Shown: positions 9,088 through 19,748 of the stretch, piece by piece
Position numbering within the stretch: the stretch's first letter is position 1
Layout of the letters: each line of letters begins with the position of its first letter
Virus record (IMG/VR): IMGVR_UViG_3300027708_000023
Origin: a virus
Direction: 5' to 3' (one strand)
Length of the DNA: 64,000 nucleotides
Made by a program: the position numbers and the translations under genes
The notes under the pieces: model-generated
Databases searched by the model: none
What the model was told of the DNA's origin: nothing
The model's input: the letters and a program-made list of their open reading frames with translations, nothing else

Positions 9088-9878
9088 GTCTCGAAGAGGA
9101 AAAGTTCATAACAGACAACTTTGGTTCTTTGTCTTTAGAGGATATAGCCGAAGCTCTGAACAGAAATCTTCCACCCATACAAAGGTATGTGTCAGAGAAT
9201 AAATTAGTCGTTTCGTCAGAAGATAGAAATGAACAAGAAATCCTAAGACAAAAACTGCACGCCAAAACGTTTTGGTCAGAGATACTCAGACAGTTTGACG
9301 AAGATACTGGTGAACTAAAATATTTTGAAGATACATGGATAGGATTAATTAAACAGTTTAGAGAAGATGTTTTAGCAGCAGAAGAACTACAGATTAAACA
9401 ATTTATTACTATTGACATTCTTATTAATCGAAGCATGAAAGAAAGAAAAAGACACATATCAGAAACAGAGAAACTACAAAAACAAGTAGATAAAGAATAT
9501 GAAAAATCCGAGACAGACAGAGACATTCCAAAACTGGCCAACCTAGAAACACAACTGAGCTTTGCTCGCAATAGTATTGCGAATTATACTAATGAATATA
9601 CCAAGCTCTTAAACGAGCAACAAAAGATCAGCAAGGATCTCAAGGCTACCAGAGAACAAAGAATCAAAAGAATAGAAGACGGAAAAAGCTCTTGGGTAGG
9701 TCTTATCCGAATGTTAGAAGACGAAGACGTAAGAGAAAAAGAAGGTCGTGAAATGGAAATTCTTAGTATGGCAACTGAAAAGTACAAGACCATGCTTAGT
9801 CAATATCATGCCTATGAGGATAAAGTTTTGGATAAACCCTTTCTAACAGCAGACACTATAGAGAAAAACGATGAATAA
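9048..9878 (+). CDS. HTH plus coiled-coil protein (possible terminase small subunit)
   Basis: N-terminal HTH-like LSLEDIAEALNR, long coiled coil, upstream of the packaging genes. Confidence 0.45.
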   Translation: MDTRKSPRKRGQLSLEEEKFITDNFGSLSLEDIAEALNRNLPPIQRYVSENKLVVSSEDRNEQEILRQKLHAKTFWSEILRQFDEDTGELKYFEDTWIGLIKQFREDVLAAEELQIKQFITIDILINRSMKERKRHISETEKLQKQVDKEYEKSETDRDIPKLANLETQLSFARNSIANYTNEYTKLLNEQQKISKDLKATREQRIKRIEDGKSSWVGLIRMLEDEDVREKEGREMEILSMATEKYKTMLSQYHAYEDKVLDKPFLTADTIEKNDE

Positions 9879-10941
9879 AACAGCTTTGATCACAGGAATT
9901 ACCGGACAGGACGGAAGCTATTTAGCAGACTATCTTCTAGATAAAGACTATAAAGTAGTTGGACTACATCGCAGAAGTAGCGTAAATAATTTTGAAAGAA
10001 TAAAACACTTGCTTGATAATTCAAATTTTTCTTTGGAAGAGTTTGATATTACAGATCCTAGTGGATGTGTTAGGGTGTGCGAAAAATACCACCCAGAAGA
10101 ATTCTATAACTTAGCTGCTCAGAGTCACGTTGGGACCAGCTTCAAACAACCTTCGACAACCTTAGAGATTAATACTATAGGAGTAGTTAATCTACTAGAA
10201 GCCTTAAGAATAATATCTCCACACTCCAAATTTTATCAGGCTAGTACTAGCGAAATGTTTGGGGCGAATTCAACACAGCAATGGTCGGAGGCATATAACA
10301 GAATGGAGCAGTATCAGAATGAAGAGACTCCTTTTGCTCCTCAAAGTCCTTATGCAGTAGCCAAATTGGCTAGTCACAGGATGGTTCATATTTATAGAGA
10401 ATCCTATGGACTATTTGCTTGTTGTGGCATCTTATTTAATCATGAAAGCCCACGAAGGGGTGAGAATTTTGTCACTCGCAAAATTACCAAATATCTGGGG
10501 GAATTAACTAATGGTTTTTTAAGTGGAGATAAATATGTTTCTTTAAAATTAGGAAATATTAATGCTTATCGAGATTGGGGTCATGCCAAAGATTTTGTAC
10601 GAGCTATGCATCTTATGCTACAACAAGACAAACCACAGGACTATGTTATAGCCACAGGACAAACCAATAGCGTAAAAGACTTTCTATATCATAGCTTTAA
10701 ATTATTCAACTTAAATTATGAAGAACATCTCGAAATAGACCCTTCTTTATACAGACCATCAGAAGTAGAATATCTAAAGGGGGATTCTTCTAAAGCCCAA
10801 AGGTCACTGGACTGGAAGCCAGAAATATCTTTTCAAGAATTAGTGGCCGATATGGTGTATTCAGATTTTGAATTGGCCAATCAAATAGCCAGAAATAATA
10901 ATGCTACTTGTGGTCCACCCCCAGGAATAGTCCATGTTTAG
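9871..10941 (+). CDS. gmd: GDP-mannose 4,6-dehydratase
   Basis: ALITGITGQDGSYLA, NLAAQSHV, QASTSEMFG, SPYAVAK, NHESPRRGENFVTRKIT, RDWGHAKD. Confidence 0.96.
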   Translation: MNKTALITGITGQDGSYLADYLLDKDYKVVGLHRRSSVNNFERIKHLLDNSNFSLEEFDITDPSGCVRVCEKYHPEEFYNLAAQSHVGTSFKQPSTTLEINTIGVVNLLEALRIISPHSKFYQASTSEMFGANSTQQWSEAYNRMEQYQNEETPFAPQSPYAVAKLASHRMVHIYRESYGLFACCGILFNHESPRRGENFVTRKITKYLGELTNGFLSGDKYVSLKLGNINAYRDWGHAKDFVRAMHLMLQQDKPQDYVIATGQTNSVKDFLYHSFKLFNLNYEEHLEIDPSLYRPSEVEYLKGDSSKAQRSLDWKPEISFQELVADMVYSDFELANQIARNNNATCGPPPGIVHV

Positions 10942-11212
10942 AAATTTTGGAGATCCTCAATATAAGAAATGGCGTAAAGCTGTTTATAAAAGGGATAACT
11001 ATAAGTGCCAATGGCCAAATTGTACCATGAAGAAAAGAATAAATGCTCATCATATTAAAACGTGGGCTGGTTTTCCTGGCTTACGATTTGAGGTTAATAA
11101 TGGAATAACATTGTGCAAATATCATCATGACCTTATTAAAGGTATGGAAGAAGATTATAGTCTCAGTTTTTTAAAAATAATTCTAGCTAAAAACCAAAGG
11201 AAAGAACCATGA
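10934..11212 (+). CDS. HNH endonuclease
   Basis: WRKAVYKRDNYKCQ..C...AHHIK...NGITLCKYHH. Confidence 0.85.
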   Translation: MFRNFGDPQYKKWRKAVYKRDNYKCQWPNCTMKKRINAHHIKTWAGFPGLRFEVNNGITLCKYHHDLIKGMEEDYSLSFLKIILAKNQRKEP

Positions 11213-11802
11213 TCAAATTAGAGTCTCAAATAACAATAACCCCTCCTCCTTTCACTAACGAAAATAATCAAGTAGTTAGTCCAGGGTCTATGACTTTTGA
11301 TGTTTTAAATGTTTCTTATGTAGATACTCCATCTAGTAAAAATTTGGTCGCTTACATTAACGGATTACCAGGATCTTTCACATTATTCTCAGGTCAACAG
11401 TATGACATTATTGGAAACTGGACTCAAGAACAAGCAGACCGAGCCCTTAGATCACAGCTTGGAAATACAGCAGAAGAAATAAAAGAAACCTTACAAAGCT
11501 TATTTCCAAAAACATTAGAACAAAATCCTAATGGTCCAGGATCAATTCTAACAGGTATGATTAGCTCACTCGGAATTAAAAGCACATCCAACTGTTCTTG
11601 TCGCCGCCACGCCCTAGAAATGAATGAAAAGGGACCAGACTGGTGCGATCAAAACATGCCCACCATTTTAAGTTGGCTCAAGGAAGAGAGTTCCAAACGC
11701 AATCTTCCGTTTATCGAGATGGTAGCCAAAGCTATGGTACAAAGAGCTATTAATAAGTCTCGACGACTAATGGCCAAAGAGCAAAGTAATGAGCAAGCAT
11801 GA
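11209..11802 (+). CDS. Hypothetical phage protein with a C-terminal CSC motif
   Basis: ATGA overlap; GPGSIL...NCSCRRHALEMN..GPDWC. Confidence 0.7.
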   Translation: MIKLESQITITPPPFTNENNQVVSPGSMTFDVLNVSYVDTPSSKNLVAYINGLPGSFTLFSGQQYDIIGNWTQEQADRALRSQLGNTAEEIKETLQSLFPKTLEQNPNGPGSILTGMISSLGIKSTSNCSCRRHALEMNEKGPDWCDQNMPTILSWLKEESSKRNLPFIEMVAKAMVQRAINKSRRLMAKEQSNEQA

Positions 11803-12271
11803 TGATTTTACTATAATTATAGATACCAGAGAACAGCAACCCTGGGCTTTTGAGCACTATACTACAGCTAGTAGAAAACTAGACACTGGAGATTATAGTA
11901 TTGAAGGACTAGAAGACGTTGTATGTATAGAGCGTAAAAAAAGCGTCAGTGAAGTTGCCAACAATCTCACAGAGTCTAGATTTATTGATGTTGTAGATCG
12001 AATGAGCAAGTTCAAGTACGCTTTCTTGCTTCTTGAGTTCGATCTTGCACAAGTTTTAAGTTATCCAATAGGATCTAATCTTCCTCGTAGACTTTGGGAT
12101 AAAATAAAAATATCTCCAGCATTTATAGTCAAACACATTTTAGAACTACAACTAAATCATAATATTAAAGTATTATTCTGTGGTTCATCGTCTGATGCAG
12201 AACAAATGGCAGAATATATTCTTAAGAAAGTTCACTATATTGAAAAAGTCAAACAGCAAAAAGATATTTGA
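11789..12271 (+). CDS. ERCC4/XPF-family nuclease
   Basis: IIIDTREQ, LDTGDYS, CIERKKS motifs. Confidence 0.85.
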   Translation: MSKHDDFTIIIDTREQQPWAFEHYTTASRKLDTGDYSIEGLEDVVCIERKKSVSEVANNLTESRFIDVVDRMSKFKYAFLLLEFDLAQVLSYPIGSNLPRRLWDKIKISPAFIVKHILELQLNHNIKVLFCGSSSDAEQMAEYILKKVHYIEKVKQQKDI

Positions 12272-14273
12272 AGATGCATGGTTAGGGCTTGGAGATCTTT
12301 CTGAGATTATAGTTCCTTCTAACCCCATGATAAATAGGGTCAAAGAAGATATAGAAAATCCTGATTTGCATCTTATGAGAATATTACGCAATCCTCATTA
12401 TCTAGGATCAACATGCAAATTACTCTTTGATATAGAGTTACATCCTATTCAAGTTGCTATTTTGCAAGAATTTTGGATACGCTCTTTTCCTATGTATATA
12501 GCTAGTCGTGGTTGGGGTAAGTCATTCTTATTGGCTTTATACTGTATTTTACGATGTGCTTTTTTCCCTGGCACCAAGATAGTAGTAGTTGGTGCTGCTT
12601 TTCGACAGAGTAAGATTATTTTCGAATACATGGAAACTATCTGGAGGAATAGCGCAATATTACGCAGTATCTTTACGGGAAATGATGATGGACCAAGAAG
12701 AGACGTTGATCGATGTACTTTAAGATTAGGAGATAGTTGGACAATAGCTATCCCCATGGGTGATGGTAGTAAGATTAGAGGTTTAAGAGCCCACATTATT
12801 ATTGCTGACGAATTTGCTTCTATATCTCCAGATATTTACGAGACGGTGGTTTCAGGCTTCGCAGCAGTTTCAGCTACTCCGATTCAAAACGTTAAAGAAC
12901 AAGCCAAAAGAGCAGCCATGACAGAAGCTGGCCTATGGAATGAAGAATTAGAAACTCTTAATACAAAAATGGGTAATCAAGCAATCGTATCCGGAACAGC
13001 AGATTATGGTTTTAAGCATTTTGCTTCTTACTGGAGACGATATAAGGGAATTATAGAAAGCGGTGGAGATAAACGCAAACTAGAAGAACTATTTAATGGG
13101 GAAATTCCTAGTAATTTTAATTGGAAAGATTACAGTATCATTCGTATTCCTTATGAATTGATTCCCAAAGGATTCATGGATGACAAACAGGTATCACGAG
13201 CCAAAGCAACTATCCATACCGGTATTTACAATATGGAATATGCCGCTTGCTTTGTTAATGATAGTGAAGGTTTCTTTAAAAGAAGCTTAATAGAAGGATG
13301 CGTCACATCTAGCTCCAAACAAATCATAGTAAATAATAAACACATTTTATTTGAAGCAACAATAAAAGGCAATCCTAATTTACGTTATGTATATGGTATC
13401 GACCCAGCTAGTGAACAAGACAATTTTAGTATCATTATACTAGAAATTCATCCAGACCATTCTCGTATTGTATATTGTTGGACAACAAATAGAAGCAACT
13501 TTAAAGATAGACAAAAAACAGGACTAGTAACAGAACATGATTTTTATGGATTTTGTTGCAGAAAGATACGCAATCTTATGAAAATCTTTCCTTGCGAACG
13601 AATAGTTCTTGATGCTCAAGGTGGTGGCGTTTCTATTGAAGAGGCTTTGCATGATCCTTCAAAGCTAGAAGAAGGAGAGCATTTGATTTGGCCAGTTATT
13701 AATCCAGAAAAAAACAAAGACACAGACGATCAAGCCGGTTTACACTTAATAGAATTGATACAGTTTGCCAGAGCAGACTGGACAGCTCAAGCTAATCACG
13801 GATTAAGAAAAGATCTTGAAGATAAAGTATTGTTATTCCCAGCATTTGATAATTTAACATTGGGCTTAGCCCTAGACGCTGAAGGTAAAGATATTATCAA
13901 TACTGAGCTTAACCCAATTTATGATAGTCTTAGCGAATGTATTCTGGAAATAGAAGAATTAAAAAATGAATTAACCACTATAGTTATGAGTCAAACTAGC
14001 AACGGACCTAATGCTAGAGATCGATGGGATACTCCAGAAGTTAAACTTCCTAATGGTAAAAAAGGACGATTACGTAAAGATAGATATAGTTCTTTAGTAA
14101 TGGCAAATATGGCGGCCAGACAACAACAAAGAGCCCTTCCCCCAGTTCAGTATGATATTATTGGTGGTAATTTAAAAGATGTTGCAGAAAATAAGGGTCA
14201 ATTATATAGAGGACCAGAATGGTTTACTTCAGCAGTAAATGAAGATATATATACTGGAATTTATAGACAATAG
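12240..14273 (+). CDS. terL: Terminase large subunit (probable TTG start near 12240)
   Basis: Walker A ASRGWGKS, IRGLRA, Walker B IIIADEF, RNase H-like YGIDPA and RKDRYSS. Confidence 0.9.
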   Translation: MKKSNSKKIFEDAWLGLGDLSEIIVPSNPMINRVKEDIENPDLHLMRILRNPHYLGSTCKLLFDIELHPIQVAILQEFWIRSFPMYIASRGWGKSFLLALYCILRCAFFPGTKIVVVGAAFRQSKIIFEYMETIWRNSAILRSIFTGNDDGPRRDVDRCTLRLGDSWTIAIPMGDGSKIRGLRAHIIIADEFASISPDIYETVVSGFAAVSATPIQNVKEQAKRAAMTEAGLWNEELETLNTKMGNQAIVSGTADYGFKHFASYWRRYKGIIESGGDKRKLEELFNGEIPSNFNWKDYSIIRIPYELIPKGFMDDKQVSRAKATIHTGIYNMEYAACFVNDSEGFFKRSLIEGCVTSSSKQIIVNNKHILFEATIKGNPNLRYVYGIDPASEQDNFSIIILEIHPDHSRIVYCWTTNRSNFKDRQKTGLVTEHDFYGFCCRKIRNLMKIFPCERIVLDAQGGGVSIEEALHDPSKLEEGEHLIWPVINPEKNKDTDDQAGLHLIELIQFARADWTAQANHGLRKDLEDKVLLFPAFDNLTLGLALDAEGKDIINTELNPIYDSLSECILEIEELKNELTTIVMSQTSNGPNARDRWDTPEVKLPNGKKGRLRKDRYSSLVMANMAARQQQRALPPVQYDIIGGNLKDVAENKGQLYRGPEWFTSAVNEDIYTGIYRQ

Positions 14274-14329
14274 TGTATGATCTCTTATAATACTATTGTA
14301 ATCCCATCACAATCATAACGTGGAATATT

Positions 14330-16549
14330 ATGGCCAATAAACAGCCCACAAATCCCATCATTCAAGATGCAGCACCACATATCCCAGATCAAGCCTATAT
14401 TGCTTGGGGAGATGACCTAGCCAGCAAACAGGAAGCTCTAAAAACTTCGTCTGAATCTTTAGACGAATTTACAATGGTACAACGATCCAAGGCTGGTAGA
14501 TTTTACAGGGTAGATTATAGTAATCTTGATGGTAGCACAGGAGGTAGGCCAGGACTAACAAGAAGTGACTATGACTTCTTTAGACCAGACGAAGCAGTAC
14601 CCAAGCGCATCAAAGATATTATGCGCAGATCTGATGAGATTTACCAAAAGGTTGGATTAGTAAAAAATGTTATAGATCTCATGGGAGATTTTGCTGTACA
14701 GGGGATTAATATCTGTCATAAAAATAAAAGGATAGAACGATTTTACAGACAGTGGTTTAAGAAAATAGGAGGAAAGGAACGCAGCGAAAGATTCCTTAAC
14801 AATCTTTATAAAACGGGTAACGTTGTCATAAATAGACAAACGGGCAAACTTAGTCTTAAAGTTACAGATAAGTTATATAGAGCAGTAAGCTCCCCAGATC
14901 TTCAAATAGCTGATATGGATAGTGTGCAAGTAGAAAAAAGAGAAATTCCGTGGAAGTATACTTTTATAGATCCGTCATTTGTAGATGTTGCTGCTGGTCC
15001 ACTTTCTTCTTTTGTTTCTCAAAAAAGATATGAATTAACACTACCTGCTATTTTGAGAAAAATGATCAACTCTCCTCAGTCCGATGCTGAAAAAGAAATC
15101 ATTAATAATCTACCTCCTCAGATAGTTCAAGCAGCAAAAGCAAAAAAACCATATCCTCTAGATCCACAAAAGATTTTAGTATTTCACTACAAAAAAGACG
15201 ATTGGCAAACATGGGCATATCCTATGGTCTATTCTATAATGGATGATATTACAGTTATAGAAAAACTTAAACTAGCAGATATGGCAGCTCTTGACGGGGC
15301 TATCTCTAATATTCGTATTTTTAAATTAGGAAGTCTAGAACACAAGATTGCTCCTACAAAAGCAGCCACAGCAAAGCTAGCTCAGATTTTGGGTAATAAT
15401 GTTGGTGGAGGCACAATGGATTTAGTATGGGGACCAGATATTGAACTCATAGAATCTAAAACAAGTGTTCATCAATTTTTAGGAGAAGGCAAATATGTTC
15501 CCCACATGAATAGCGTATATGCTGGTTTGGGAATTCCTCCTACATTAACAGGAACATTCGGAGCAGCCGGAACAACCAACAATTTTATATCCCTCAAAAC
15601 TCTCACACAAAGACTTCAGTACGGTAGAGATATGCTTATTTCTTTTTGGGAGAAAGAGATCGAGCTAGTACAAAAAGCTATGGGCTTTAAATATGGAGCT
15701 AAAATAGAATTTGATAGAATGGACTTAAGTAATGAAGATGCTGAGAAAGCATTATTAATTCAACTAGCAGATAGGAATGTAATTAGTGATGAGCTATTAC
15801 AAACCAAGTTCGGCATAGATCCAGACATGGAAAAGAGTAGACTCAATAGAGAAACCAGAGAAAGAAACTCAGAAAGAATGGTTCCAAAAGCTGGACCGTG
15901 GAATGATCCTCAAGTTGAAAATGCTCTCAAGAAGATTGCTTTACAAACAGGTACCGTAACTCCTAGCCAAGTTGGTCTAGAACTAGAGAAAAAGAAAAGC
16001 GGAGAAAAAACAGCTTTAGAACAAAAAATCCCTCCTCAGTCTGGTCCTTCAACGAAGTTGGCAAATGATTCGCCAGAATCATTGCCAGGTATCCCCGGAC
16101 AAGGCAGACCTAAATTAAGTAAGGATTCTGCACCCCGAAAAACCAAAAAGTTCTCGCCCCAGACTGGAGCTAGCCTAATGCTATGGGCTAATGAAGCACA
16201 AGATAAAATTAATGATATGCTTAATCCAATCTTATTAGACTTTTATAACAAGAAAAATTTGAGGAGTTTATCTAAAGCAGAGAGTAAGGAAATGGATTCG
16301 GTTAAAACCAAAATCTTATTCAGTCTCACACCAACCTGCACAATTGACCCCGACCTAATGACCAAAGCATTAGCCAACATTCATGCCAAAGAACACGCCA
16401 CGGTTATTGGGGCTTATAATAATTGGCTAAAACCCATTAAAACAGAAATCAATAGAGATCTAACAGTTGACGAGATTAAACAACTTAAGTCTTCTTTTTA
16501 TTCTCTGGTGTATAATTCTTTGATCGAAAAATCTTATACTGAGGCTTAA
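14330..16549 (+). CDS. Portal protein
   Basis: Directly after terL, 739 aa, VYAGLGIPPTL portal-like motif. Confidence 0.8.
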   Translation: MANKQPTNPIIQDAAPHIPDQAYIAWGDDLASKQEALKTSSESLDEFTMVQRSKAGRFYRVDYSNLDGSTGGRPGLTRSDYDFFRPDEAVPKRIKDIMRRSDEIYQKVGLVKNVIDLMGDFAVQGINICHKNKRIERFYRQWFKKIGGKERSERFLNNLYKTGNVVINRQTGKLSLKVTDKLYRAVSSPDLQIADMDSVQVEKREIPWKYTFIDPSFVDVAAGPLSSFVSQKRYELTLPAILRKMINSPQSDAEKEIINNLPPQIVQAAKAKKPYPLDPQKILVFHYKKDDWQTWAYPMVYSIMDDITVIEKLKLADMAALDGAISNIRIFKLGSLEHKIAPTKAATAKLAQILGNNVGGGTMDLVWGPDIELIESKTSVHQFLGEGKYVPHMNSVYAGLGIPPTLTGTFGAAGTTNNFISLKTLTQRLQYGRDMLISFWEKEIELVQKAMGFKYGAKIEFDRMDLSNEDAEKALLIQLADRNVISDELLQTKFGIDPDMEKSRLNRETRERNSERMVPKAGPWNDPQVENALKKIALQTGTVTPSQVGLELEKKKSGEKTALEQKIPPQSGPSTKLANDSPESLPGIPGQGRPKLSKDSAPRKTKKFSPQTGASLMLWANEAQDKINDMLNPILLDFYNKKNLRSLSKAESKEMDSVKTKILFSLTPTCTIDPDLMTKALANIHAKEHATVIGAYNNWLKPIKTEINRDLTVDEIKQLKSSFYSLVYNSLIEKSYTEA

Positions 16550-16550
16550 A

Positions 16551-18161
16551 ATGCATATTTTTGAACAAGAGATTAGCGATGGTCTCGAAGAAAAGCTTAA
16601 ATCACAAGCTTCTATCTCATATGCTTGCGTTGTTGAGCCTTCGAATAAAACCAATCATAGTGTTAAGCACATAAAGAGTTTAGCTTCACTACAAGATAGT
16701 GATCTTTATTATGTCCAGTCTATTTTAGTAACTTCTAGCTGGAATAAAAACGATGATATTTTTGATAAAGATGAAGTTTGGGCAGCTAAACATACCCCAG
16801 AGGATAAACCCACTAATCTTAATCATGACGAAAATGTTATAGTTGGCCATATTACATCAAACTGGCCTATTACTGATGATGGAGTTTTAATTGACGAAAA
16901 TACTCCAGTAGAAAATCTACCAAATAAATTTCATATTTTAACAGGATCAGTTATTTATAAAGGATTTTCTTCTGAAGAATTAATGAGTAGGGCGAATACT
17001 CTAATATCAGAAATAGAGTCCGGAACTAAATATGTTAGTATGGAATGCTTTTTTAAAGGATTTGATTACGGACTATTAAATAAATCAACAGGTGAATTTA
17101 AAGTTTTAAATAGAAATGCAGAAACAGCATTTTTAACTAAACACCTTAGATCATACGGTGGATTAGGAGAACATGATAATTATAAAATTGGTAGAGTATT
17201 GAGAAACATAACCTTTTCAGGCAAGGGTTTTGTTGACAAACCAGCAAATCCCGATAGTATAATTTTTACAAAAGATTCTTTTTTAAATAATTCAACAGAA
17301 ATTTTTGCTAATTTATCAAATCTAGGTGTATTTGATAATCAGTCAACCTTAAATGTGGAGAACACGACTATGAATTCAACTCAGACAGAGACAGTAGCTT
17401 CAACAGAACAGACCATTGTAGCAACACCAGATGTTGGCACACAAACAACAGACGTTGTTACAGAAACAACCACCACAACAGAAACTGTTGCAACAGATAC
17501 GGCTTTTGTAGACAGCCTACAAACAAGAATAGTTGAACTTGAATCTCAAGTCGCTTCCCAATTAGAGATAATTGAAGCTGCTAAGAAAATGAAGGAAGAA
17601 GAAGAAAAGAATGAAGTAGAAGATAAAAAGGAAAGTAAAAAAGAAGAAGATAAAGAAGAAGAAACAGAAGCAGCCAAGAAAACAAAACAAGAAATGGCCA
17701 AAAAAGATGAAGAAATGAAAAAGGTCAAATCTGAACTAGATGCTGCTCTAGAAGCCATTGCTGGATATAAGATGAAAGAAGTAGAAATGGCTAAGAAAGA
17801 AAAGAAGATGAAAAGAAAAGCTTCTCTAATCGACAATGGTGTTGATGCTGAGTCAGCAGAAACCGTTGTAGAAAAATTTGAAACTATGGCTGATGATGCT
17901 TTTGAGGCTATGACCAGCTTGTTTGCTGGTAAGATGCCACCATGGTTGGAAAAGATCAAGAAGGGCGACGATAAAGAAGATGATAAAAAAGCCAAAGACA
18001 AGAAGAAAGCATCAGAAACTTCTGCTGATCCAGAAGTATTAGACACAGTTGAGGTAGTAGAAGAAGTTAATCTTGGCGTTGGAGGAGAAACCGAATCTTC
18101 GGTAGACACCACCAGAGCCGCATTAATCGATTTTGTAAGTAGCAGATTAGGTAAAAAATAA
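16551..18161 (+). CDS. Prohead protease fused to scaffold
   Basis: WNKNDDIF, NLNHD, VSMEC, GFVDKPAN in the N-terminus; Glu/Lys coiled-coil C-terminus. Confidence 0.8.
   Translation: MHIFEQEISDGLEEKLKSQASISYACVVEPSNKTNHSVKHIKSLASLQDSDLYYVQSILVTSSWNKNDDIFDKDEVWAAKHTPEDKPTNLNHDENVIVGHITSNWPITDDGVLIDENTPVENLPNKFHILTGSVIYKGFSSEELMSRANTLISEIESGTKYVSMECFFKGFDYGLLNKSTGEFKVLNRNAETAFLTKHLRSYGGLGEHDNYKIGRVLRNITFSGKGFVDKPANPDSIIFTKDSFLNNSTEIFANLSNLGVFDNQSTLNVENTTMNSTQTETVASTEQTIVATPDVGTQTTDVVTETTTTTETVATDTAFVDSLQTRIVELESQVASQLEIIEAAKKMKEEEEKNEVEDKKESKKEEDKEEETEAAKKTKQEMAKKDEEMKKVKSELDAALEAIAGYKMKEVEMAKKEKKMKRKASLIDNGVDAESAETVVEKFETMADDAFEAMTSLFAGKMPPWLEKIKKGDDKEDDKKAKDKKKASETSADPEVLDTVEVVEEVNLGVGGETESSVDTTRAALIDFVSSRLGKK
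17370..18161 (+). CDS. Nested in-frame scaffold protein (Met274 of the protease ORF)
   Basis: GGTGTA at 17325, GGAG at 17357-17360, in-frame ATG at 17370. Confidence 0.55.
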   Translation: MNSTQTETVASTEQTIVATPDVGTQTTDVVTETTTTTETVATDTAFVDSLQTRIVELESQVASQLEIIEAAKKMKEEEEKNEVEDKKESKKEEDKEEETEAAKKTKQEMAKKDEEMKKVKSELDAALEAIAGYKMKEVEMAKKEKKMKRKASLIDNGVDAESAETVVEKFETMADDAFEAMTSLFAGKMPPWLEKIKKGDDKEDDKKAKDKKKASETSADPEVLDTVEVVEEVNLGVGGETESSVDTTRAALIDFVSSRLGKK

Positions 18162-18183
18162 CTATTAATAGGGAGAAACTGAA

Positions 18184-18639
18184 ATGGCTCTAAAACCAGA
18201 TCGTATCGAAGCTCGCACAGATATTTCTTTTTTCATGAACACAGTTGCAGAAAGAGGCGGCGTAGCTTCTGTTGTAACTGGTGGTGCCGGAGTAGCTATG
18301 GACGACGCTAATGCTGTCGTTGGCTACGCCTCAGCCGTCTCGGGTGCTCTACCCGTTGGCGTTCTTATGAACGACGTTGTAAATATTGATTTAACCAGAC
18401 AGCACATCAACTGGTACAAAGACGAAGTCCAAGTCGGGGGCAAGGTAACTCTTCTCCGTCAGGGACAAGTCACTACTAACATGGTTGTATCTGGAAATAC
18501 TCCAACAGCAGGTGTCGGTGCTTACGTAGGCGCTAACGGCTTACTTAGTACTTCATCCACAAACGCTGTGAAAGTAGGTACATTCCTTGGTAGTAAAGAC
18601 GCTGACGGTTACGTTAAAGTAGACATCAACATTACTTGA
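18184..18639 (+). CDS. Head decoration/cement protein
   Basis: 151 aa, Gly/Val/Ala-rich, between scaffold and capsid genes. Confidence 0.7.
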   Translation: MALKPDRIEARTDISFFMNTVAERGGVASVVTGGAGVAMDDANAVVGYASAVSGALPVGVLMNDVVNIDLTRQHINWYKDEVQVGGKVTLLRQGQVTTNMVVSGNTPTAGVGAYVGANGLLSTSSTNAVKVGTFLGSKDADGYVKVDINIT

Positions 18640-18659
18640 TTTTAGAGGAGAGAAAAAAA

Positions 18660-19670
18660 ATGGCATCTAATACAAATAAGTTCCAACCAACTGCAGAAGT
18701 TACTGAACTACTAGTTCGTTCTGGTTCACCAGACCGAGAAGTAGCTCTAGCAGCTAACAGAGAGTTTGCAAAAGCTCTCGAATTGCCCCTTCGTCAAGGA
18801 CTGTTAAGCGGTAACATCCTCGACAATATTTTTGAACCCATCCAATTGGCTCAGAGTGCAACTCCTGAGTTTCCATTGGACTTCATCGCTCCTGGCACAG
18901 AAAAGGACTTCGTAGCCTACACTGTACCAAATCATGGATATATTCCAGAGCGTCACGTTGAAAGCGATTACGTCATGGTTCCAACCTATGACATCGGCGC
19001 TTCAATTGACTATCTCTTGAAGTATGCTCGTGATGCTCGCTGGGACGTTGTTGGTCGTGCTATGGAAGTCCTAGAGGCTTCATTCGTTAAGAAGATGAAC
19101 GACGATGGCTGGCACACACTAATGGCCGCTGCTGTTGATCGTAACATCGTAGTATACGATAGTGACGCCAATGCTAATCAGTTTACCAAGAGACTAGTCA
19201 GTCTCATGAAGACAGTTATGCGTAGAAACGGTGGTGGTAACTCTGCTAGTACCAACCGTGGTATTCTAACTGATCTTTATGTTTCTCCAGAAGCTATGGA
19301 AGACATCCGTAACTGGGGTATCGATATCGTTGACGAGATTACTCGTCGTGAGATCTATACCGCTGCCGACGGTACTCTTAACAGAATCTTCGGAATCAAC
19401 TTGCACGACAGAGACGAACTAGGTGTTGGACAAGAATATCAACTATTCTATACCAATACTCTCAGCGGCACACTACCAAGTGGTAAGGGTGAAGTTGTAG
19501 TTGGTCTTGATCTACGCAAGAGAGACAGTTTCATCATGCCAGTTCGCCAAGAAGTCCAGATCTTCGAAGACGAGACACTACATCGTCAGAAGAGAGCCGG
19601 TTTCTATGGATGGGCCGAGCAAGGCTTTGCTGTTCTAGATAACCGTAGAGTTCTACTTGGTGCTCTCTAA
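18660..19670 (+). CDS. Major capsid protein (HK97 fold; probable start 18660)
   Basis: GAGGAG RBS, position, strongly biased codon usage, C-terminal GFYGWAEQGFAVLD. Confidence 0.85.
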   Translation: MASNTNKFQPTAEVTELLVRSGSPDREVALAANREFAKALELPLRQGLLSGNILDNIFEPIQLAQSATPEFPLDFIAPGTEKDFVAYTVPNHGYIPERHVESDYVMVPTYDIGASIDYLLKYARDARWDVVGRAMEVLEASFVKKMNDDGWHTLMAAAVDRNIVVYDSDANANQFTKRLVSLMKTVMRRNGGGNSASTNRGILTDLYVSPEAMEDIRNWGIDIVDEITRREIYTAADGTLNRIFGINLHDRDELGVGQEYQLFYTNTLSGTLPSGKGEVVVGLDLRKRDSFIMPVRQEVQIFEDETLHRQKRAGFYGWAEQGFAVLDNRRVLLGAL

Positions 19671-19706
19671 TCAAGTTAGTTAACTTAACCTAATCAGCTA
19701 TAAAAG

Positions 19707-19741
19707 TCAGGGCTGGGCCTAAAAACCCGGCCCTGATTTTT
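19707..19741 (+). terminator. Rho-independent terminator after the capsid gene
   Basis: TCAGGGCTGGG/CCCGGCCCTGA 11-bp stem plus T-run. Confidence 0.85.
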
Positions 19742-19748
19742 GTCTATA

